A stretch of DNA of 35,379 nucleotides from Desulfobacterales bacterium (GTDB lineage: Bacteria > Desulfobacterota > Desulfobacteria > Desulfobacterales > UBA2245). The stretch spans positions 372,001-407,379 of the forward strand of contig JAXGZF010000007.1 of the NCBI GenBank assembly GCA_040771865.1. The letters run 5' to 3'. This document shows positions 30,188 to 35,379 of this stretch, in pieces. The notes under the pieces were generated by a model, which ran no database searches, was not told where the DNA came from, and saw nothing but the letters and a program-made list of their open reading frames with translations. The translations under genes and the position numbers were made by a program. The first letter of the stretch is position 1; every line of letters begins with the position of its first letter.

Positions 30188-30970
30188 ATGCTGTTTCGCA
30201 AATCCAGACTGCTTGCGGCGCTGTTGCTGCTGATCCTGTTCGCCGGCTGCTTCGGCTGCGGGGCCAGACGCCCGCCGGCCCCGCCCCCGGCGCCCGTACC
30301 GGAATGCCCGCCGTCCGCGCTTCTGAAAAGCCTCGGATACTCCATTCAGGTCGGCGCCTTTTCCAACTCCGGCAACGCCGTCCGGCTCGCCGCCCTTCTC
30401 GAAAGCCGGGGAATCGACGCCTATTCCTTCCTCCACGAATCGGGGCTCTACAAGGTGCGTTTCGGCGACCACCGCACCTACGCCGAAGCCCGCAAGGAAG
30501 CGGAAAATCTGAAAAGACAAAAGATGATCGACGAGTTCTTCATCGTCCGTCCCGAGGACAACGCGGCGGAGCGCATTCGGCGAACCGGCAGGGGAGACCT
30601 GCGCGAGGAGTTGGTCGCCACGGCCCGGCGCTTTCTCGGCGCCCCCTATCTCTGGGGCGGCGACAATGCTCGGGACGGCTTCGACTGCAGCGGGCTGACC
30701 ATGGTGACCTACCGCCTCAACGGCCTCAAACTCCCCCGAACCTCCCGCGAACAGTTCTGCGCCGGACAGGCGGTAAAAAAGGATAAACTCCGTAAAGGAG
30801 ATCTGGTCTTTTTCGACACCAAAGGCCGCAAAACCGTCTCCCACGTTGGTCTCTACGTCGGAAACGGCAACTTCATCCACGCCCCTCGACGCGGCAAGGA
30901 CGTTCGCATCACCTGCCTGAGCAGCGAATACTACCAGAAACGCTACCTGGGCGCTCGGACATATCTTTAG
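30188..30970 (+). CDS. SPOR + NlpC/P60 peptidoglycan endopeptidase lipoprotein
   Basis: YSIQVGAF (SPOR); PYLWGG, FDCSGL, GDLVFF, HVGLY and FIHAP (NlpC/P60). Confidence 0.95.
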   Translation: MLFRKSRLLAALLLLILFAGCFGCGARRPPAPPPAPVPECPPSALLKSLGYSIQVGAFSNSGNAVRLAALLESRGIDAYSFLHESGLYKVRFGDHRTYAEARKEAENLKRQKMIDEFFIVRPEDNAAERIRRTGRGDLREELVATARRFLGAPYLWGGDNARDGFDCSGLTMVTYRLNGLKLPRTSREQFCAGQAVKKDKLRKGDLVFFDTKGRKTVSHVGLYVGNGNFIHAPRRGKDVRITCLSSEYYQKRYLGARTYL

Positions 30971-30996
30971 TAAATGGCCCGCGCGAAGCCCTGAGA

Positions 30997-31335
30997 TCAG
31001 CCGCCAATTATTTCATTCAGGCCGTCGATGACAAGCGCCAATTCTTCATCAGACGCTTTTGCCAGTTTGGCGCCGATGCGTTTTACGGAAAGCGTGCGAA
31101 TCTGGCTGATCTTGACCCATGATTGCCTTGGAAGACCGGAATCCACGAGTTCCAGGGTCAGCGGGAAACCGGCTTTTTGGGTCTGGCTTGTGATCGCTGC
31201 GGCGATGACGGTGCCGGAACGTTCATTAAACACGTTCTGACTTAAAATGAGAACCGGGCGCAAAACACCCTGCTCGCTGCCGATAACGGGATTTAAATCC
31301 GCCCAGCGAATATCCCCCCTTAATATTCCGGCCAT
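30997..31335 (-). CDS. mazF: Type II toxin, PemK/MazF family endoribonuclease
   Basis: [22 protein letters not shown]...FN and SQIRTLS motifs; overlaps the antitoxin stop. Confidence 0.93.
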   Translation of the reverse strand: MAGILRGDIRWADLNPVIGSEQGVLRPVLILSQNVFNERSGTVIAAAITSQTQKAGFPLTLELVDSGLPRQSWVKISQIRTLSVKRIGAKLAKASDEELALVIDGLNEIIGG

Positions 31336-31562
31336 TCTTCCATCTCCCCTGCAAAGCCTTCTTCTGCCAAAGATTGTTCGAAGTCAGGATTCAGCTTTGC
31401 ACATTCTCTGGAAAGGCGGGTTTTTTCAAGACGATCCAGTTTCTCGGCTACAGCTTCCTGAATAGCCCGACTCCTGTTCGGAAAATATTTTGTTTTAACC
31501 AGAATATCTATTTGGTTAAGCAATTTGTCGTCTATTGTGATTGCAATTTTTGACGCGGCCAT
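31320..31562 (-). CDS. Ribbon-helix-helix (CopG-type) antitoxin
   Basis: KIAITID...[10 protein letters not shown] with an acidic tail; GGAGG RBS; lies upstream of mazF. Confidence 0.9.
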   Translation of the reverse strand: MAASKIAITIDDKLLNQIDILVKTKYFPNRSRAIQEAVAEKLDRLEKTRLSRECAKLNPDFEQSLAEEGFAGEMEEWPEY

Positions 31563-31575
31563 TTTTATCACCTCC

Positions 31576-31610
31576 GGTATGACAATATATCATACCCGAT
31601 ATATTTTCAA
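31576..31610 (-). promoter_or_regulatory. Promoter and autoregulatory operator of the RHH-mazF operon
   Basis: Palindrome GGTATGA-N7-TCATACC (31576-31596) overlaps an AT-rich -10 region; TTGAAA -35 on the minus strand. Confidence 0.7.
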
Positions 31611-31773
31611 GCGCCAATTCAACCCATCTTCAGCGATCACGGGCAGGAATACAGCATCAATGAGGCGGGACGGTTCATCTTTGAAAATCGTCGGAAAGGG
31701 CCAAGAGTTGATTTGCCTCCTCTCCTTACCAGATTTCAACCTGGCGTGATTCGGGGATCGGACGATTTGCCAT

Positions 31774-31802
31774 TTGACATCGCAACTGAAAACCGATAGA
31801 TT
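31774..31802 (+). promoter_or_regulatory. Sigma70-type promoter of hicBA
   Basis: TTGACA-17 nt-TAGATT. Confidence 0.72.
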
Positions 31803-31842
31803 TACTCATACATTTCAATATATTTCAGGAGATTATAGCAAC

Positions 31843-32079
31843 ATGGTCACCTACACGGCAAAATATACCAAAATAAACTCCGGCTATATGGGACAACTGG
31901 TAGAATGGCCCGAAGTCGTCACCGAAGGAAAAGATCTCGAAGATTGCCGCACCATGCTGCGGGATGCTCTGCATGAAATGGTTCTCGCATATCAACAACT
32001 TGGCAAGGAAATCCCATCTGGAAATGCGCTCATCGAGCAACTTCCCATTGAGGTTCAAAGTATCGGTCAAGCGTCGTGA
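31843..32079 (+). CDS. hicB: HicB family antitoxin (short, no DNA-binding domain)
   Basis: GYMGQLVEWPEVVTEGKDLEDCRTMLRDAL...EIP; AGGAG RBS. Confidence 0.88.
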   Translation: MVTYTAKYTKINSGYMGQLVEWPEVVTEGKDLEDCRTMLRDALHEMVLAYQQLGKEIPSGNALIEQLPIEVQSIGQAS

Positions 32080-32248
32080 CCTCTTGCTGCATCTCGAAAA
32101 GAACGGATTCCAATTTCTCCGGGAAGGCGCAAACCATTCCATATATTCGAATGGAACGAAAATCATTCCGGTTAAACGCCACAAACAGTTTGATCGGATC
32201 ACGGCAAATGAAATCTGCAAACAGGCCGGCATCCACCCCAAATTCTAG
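32060..32248 (+). pseudogene. hicA: HicA family toxin, intact body but expected start codon reads GTA
   Basis: KRRDLLLHLEKNGF...REGANHSIY...IPVKRH...ICKQAG. The paralogous copy has GTG at the same position (32862). Confidence 0.75.
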
Positions 32249-32452
32249 TGCTGTGAGCATCCAGCGCATCTGCACGCGTGGGGAAAAGCAGGCAAACCCG
32301 TGACAAAATGTCACGAATTCACATAGATCATCCCCGGAGATCGAAACACCAACTCTTTATCTTTTCTCTTCAACAAAGTTAAACGAGTCACGATCCGAAC
32401 AGACCTCGCCCCACCTCTTGTCTCGAGTGGAAGGGAATGTACAACTTGTACG

Positions 32453-32490
32453 CACCCTTTGTTTAATTCTGCGTCGCGACATTGAAACGC
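32453..32490 (+). repeat. 38-bp exact direct repeat, block A copy 1
   Basis: CACCCTTTGTTTAATTCTGCGTCGCGACATTGAAACGC, identical to 35002-35039. Confidence 0.9.
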
Positions 32491-32520
32491 GAAATTGCCT
32501 GTGCGCCCCTGCCCCACAGA

Positions 32521-32548
32521 TTCAAGTGAGGTACAGATTGTACCCCGG
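32521..32548 (+). repeat. 28-bp repeat, block B copy 1
   Basis: 26/28 identical to 34839-34866. Confidence 0.85.
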
Positions 32549-32665
32549 TAGGAATCAAGCTCGGCATCGCGCCGTAGTATCAATTCTCACACGCCCCGAA
32601 GGACAGGCGCTATCGACAATCCGAAACGCAAAATCACATGGACGTACCCGTGTAACCCCGACTTC

Positions 32666-32690
32666 AGTTGTCGACAAAATATCGACAACT
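32666..32690. repeat. Perfect 9-bp inverted repeat
   Basis: AGTTGTCGA-N7-TCGACAACT. Confidence 0.65.
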
Positions 32691-32839
32691 CAAACCCGCT
32701 GGATGCTGCTTCTTTTTTTTAATTAGAGGTTGCTTTTTGGCATCTGAAAGCGCGCTTTAAGCCGTATTCAGGGGGGCCTTTTTAGAAATTTTACTCTTTA
32801 TTTCAAGATGTTCGCTTGGTCCGACCCGGAATCTGGTTC

Positions 32840-33001
32840 CAACTTCCCATTAAGGTTCAAAGTGTCGGTCAAGCGTCGTGACCTCTTGCTGCATCTCGAA
32901 AAGAACGGCTTCCAATTGCTGCGGGAAGGCGCAAACCATTCGATATATTCAAATGGAACCAAGATCGTTCCGGTTAAACGCCACAAACGGTTTGATCGGA
33001 T
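32840..33001 (+). pseudogene. hicA: Second hicB-tail/hicA copy, 5' part
   Basis: Near-identical to 32038-32199; GTG start at 32862; homology ends after TTTGATCGGAT. Confidence 0.88.
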
Positions 33002-33469
33002 TGAGCGGATGATCCGCCAATCCAATTTTTTATTGACTCCCGAAAGCCCCCTTGAAAGCATAAGGGAATAAGATTATTGACACCGAACTTTGTTTCGCTA
33101 TATTCAAAAATATACAAACTTGGGAAAAACGAATTCATTTTTTCAAGGTGTTCACCATGAGGGCGGTTCTTCCTTATAGTCGCGAGTCTGTCTGCTTCTT
33201 CCCTCCTCCCCAAAAACCTCATGCCCAATGAACACTGATTCCAAATTTCACTCAAGATAGCACCTGCTGCATTTTTGTCCTGGAACGTGTTGCGCTGAAA
33301 CTGTTTTGAAAGCCGCGTATCTGATTCTCTTGATGCGGCGACCGCTCACGCAGAACTCGGATTGCGAGAAATGGCTTCAAATAAGTCGGCCGTTCGGCAA
33401 CTGGCTCTTTGACCATGGAGTCGTGCCATATTGGAGGCGTAATGGAATTATGACAAACAGGAGGTGAAC

Positions 33470-34702
33470 ATGATGAACAAAGATGTGCGGAAAACTCGAT
33501 TGGCAACCGGATTCAGCATAACCATTCTGATTGCCTTTTGGCTGATCAACATTGGAATGGCGAACGCAACGGAGGACAAAATTGCGTTTATGTCAGATCG
33601 CGCAGGTAATCTTGACATCTGGGTGATGGATGCCGACGGCAGCAACCCGGTGCAGTTGACCACGGATTCGAAATGGGACGGAGACCCCGTCTGGTCGCCG
33701 GATGGGACGAAAATTGCGTATGCGAGCCGTGCCGGCGTCACTTTCACTTATGAAAATATCTGGGTGATGGATGCCGACGGCAGCAACCCGGTCCAATTGA
33801 CCACGGATCCGGCAATGGATACTCGTCCAGCCTGGTCGCCGGACGGCACGAAGATCGCGTTTGGTTCGGATCGTGATGGCGACCCAGCCACCCGTGATAA
33901 CATCTGGGTGATGGATGCGAATGGAGACAATCAGGTAGAGTTGACCACTGATCCGGCACAGGATGTCAACCCCGCCTGGTCGCCGGACGGCACGAAGATC
34001 GCGTTTGAATCGTATCGTGGCGGCCAGTGGGACATCTGGGTGATGGATGCGGACGGAAGCAACCAGGTAAAATTGTTTGATGATCCCTCATCGTCCGGAA
34101 GCCCCGCCTGGTCGCCGGACGGCACGAAGATTGCGTTTGTTTCTTATTTGGCAGGCAATTTTGACATCTGGGTGATGGATGCGGACGGAAGCAACCCGGT
34201 GCAGTTGACAACGCATCACTGGAATGACATTGACCCCGCCTGGTCGCCGGACGGCACGAAGATTGTGTACGCGTCTTATGGGGATGATGAAACCTGGGAC
34301 ATCTGGGTGGTAGATGCGGACGGAAGCGGTGATCCGGTCCAATTGACCAGTGGCGAAGAGTATAATTATGCCCCGGCCTGGTTTGGGGAAGTTGATTCCT
34401 ATGAAGACCAGATAGAGGCAATCGAGGAATATTTTGATGATGCGGCGACCCTGGGAGAGCTGATTGGTGTGGGGGCAACGGAGACTTCGGCGGCAGGAAA
34501 GCTGAATGCGGTAGAAAATATGCTGGAATGTGCGGAGCATCTTATTGATATCGGCGATTTCGAAGGCGCCTGTTTGAAGCTTCATGATGCATACCAGAAG
34601 ACCGATGGCTTATGGCCGCCCCCCGACTTTGTTACAGGACCTGCTGCCGAAGAACTGGCAACGATGATAATGGATTTGATGGCCAGTCTGGGATGCGAAT
34701 AG
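33470..34702 (+). CDS. Secreted TolB-like (PD40 repeat) beta-propeller protein with C-terminal helical domain
   Basis: AGGAGGTG RBS; signal peptide; six IWVMDADG blades and five P-x-WSPDGTKI units; lacks the TolB N-terminal domain. Confidence 0.9.
   Translation: MMNKDVRKTRLATGFSITILIAFWLINIGMANATEDKIAFMSDRAGNLDIWVMDADGSNPVQLTTDSKWDGDPVWSPDGTKIAYASRAGVTFTYENIWVMDADGSNPVQLTTDPAMDTRPAWSPDGTKIAFGSDRDGDPATRDNIWVMDANGDNQVELTTDPAQDVNPAWSPDGTKIAFESYRGGQWDIWVMDADGSNQVKLFDDPSSSGSPAWSPDGTKIAFVSYLAGNFDIWVMDADGSNPVQLTTHHWNDIDPAWSPDGTKIVYASYGDDETWDIWVVDADGSGDPVQLTSGEEYNYAPAWFGEVDSYEDQIEAIEEYFDDAATLGELIGVGATETSAAGKLNAVENMLECAEHLIDIGDFEGACLKLHDAYQKTDGLWPPPDFVTGPAAEELATMIMDLMASLGCE
33614..34340 (+). repeat. 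Intragenic tandem repeats, period 132-144 bp
   Basis: Units start at 33614, 33755, 33899, 34031, 34163 and 34298, with strongly conserved nucleotide cores. Confidence 0.9.
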
Positions 34703-34838
34703 GAGTCAGTGAATCAGGGCGACGACAGAATCCCGGGGGCGGTTTCAGCAGCGGAAACCAAACGCCTGTACCGCCTTCGGGAACTTTTGGGGACATCCTT
34801 TACCATATTCTCAGCTTCACAAGCGCGTCTGAATATTC

Positions 34839-34866
34839 TTCAAGGGGGGTACAGATTGTACCCCGG
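34839..34866 (+). repeat. 28-bp repeat, block B copy 2, containing the palindrome GGGGTACA-GAT-TGTACCCC
   Basis: Direct sequence comparison; perfect 8-bp stem. Confidence 0.85.
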
Positions 34867-35001
34867 CAGTCAAACTCGGTCTTAGGTGAATTCAAATTGA
34901 ATCATGGCAGAAATTCCTCCCTGTTTTGCGACCCGGTGGAGTAGACTTACGAAAACAGCATGAATAACCGGAAATCGCAAGGGGGGATGGCCAATTGCCC
35001 C

Positions 35002-35051
35002 CACCCTTTGTTTAATTCTGCGTCGCGACATTGAAACGCAATATCACATGG
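35002..35051 (+). repeat. Block A copy 2 continuing into block C
   Basis: 35002-35039 equals 32453-32490; 35033-35051 matches 32623-32641 at 18/19. Confidence 0.88.
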
Positions 35052-35298
35052 GCGCCAACCATGCACCCCTTGCATTACTTTGTTAAGAATGAAGACCTGA
35101 CCCCGTTGTTTTCCTCAGTATTCCGTCAGGGTCGTCAGATCCGAAAACCCTAAGGTGGACGCCAAGGCCGAGAAACTCCTGAAAAAACTTCTCGCTGTTT
35201 ACCCCAAGGGTGTGGCGGACACCTGGCTTCAATGAGGCCGAAACAGTTAAAGACCTGAAACCGTTAAAAAGAGTCAAGAGCAGACTTGACCCCTTTTT

Positions 35299-35378
35299 CG
35301 GTTAAACGCCACAAACGGTTTGATCGGATCACGGCAAATGAAATCTGCAAACAAGCCGGCATCCACCCCAAATTCTAG
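35299..35378 (+). pseudogene. hicA: hicA copy, 3' part
   Basis: VKRHKRFDRITANEICKQAGIHPKF-stop, near-identical to 32169-32248. Confidence 0.88.
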
Positions 35379-35379
35379 C

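Larger units (their letters stand above)
33002..35298. mobile_element. 2.3-kb insert within hicA copy 2, bounded by 31-bp direct repeats
   Basis: CGGTTAAACGCCACAAACGGTTTGATCGGAT at 32971-33001 and 35299-35329; no recombinase gene inside. Confidence 0.6.

Noticed and set aside
32461..32488. GTTTAATTCTGCGTCGCGACATTGAAAC resembles a CRISPR repeat (GTT...ATTGAAAC)
   Set aside because: Only two copies, 2.5 kb apart, with identity extending beyond the putative repeat; no spacer periodicity and no cas genes.
32974..33506. Minus-strand ORFs at the left end of the insert as a recombinase remnant
   Set aside because: No integrase or transposase motifs recognised.
33470..34702. Calling the propeller gene tolB
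   Set aside because: It lacks the TolB N-terminal domain and tol-pal context, and carries an unrelated C-terminal domain.
35226..35240. GCTTCAATGAGGCCG resembles the end of some type I CRISPR repeats
   Set aside because: Single partial occurrence with no internal palindrome or array.

Overview
Gene-dense bacterial chromosomal window of moderate GC. Its content (class-1-type hcp with a CRP/FNR box, a NapC/NirT remnant, DUF1846, DUF3795) suggests an anaerobic Desulfobacterota/Syntrophales-like organism (inference). 1-16.6 kb holds metabolic and stress genes: TPP enzyme tail, cupin, CoA-binding protein, nitroreductase, DUF533, BON-LysM, glycogen phosphorylase divergent from hcp, several envelope lipoproteins, and an exported WD40-caspase protein whose catalytic Cys is replaced by Arg. 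16.7-25.3 kb is a patchwork of accessory genes and pseudogenes (pepD, DUF1254, DUF3795), with a duplicated 53-bp promoter-like module and a 151-bp MITE-like hairpin between an RBS and its start codon. 25.6-31 kb encodes DUF1846, an MFS transporter and two peptidoglycan enzymes. 31-35.4 kb is a recombination hot spot with an RHH/MazF pair, hicB-hicA, and a second hicA copy split by a 2.3-kb insert. The insert carries a TolB-like beta-propeller gene and lies between perfect 31-bp direct repeats, amid shuffled short repeat blocks. No rRNA, tRNA, CRISPR array, integrase or intact transposase was seen. Family assignments come from motif recognition by eye, not database searches.
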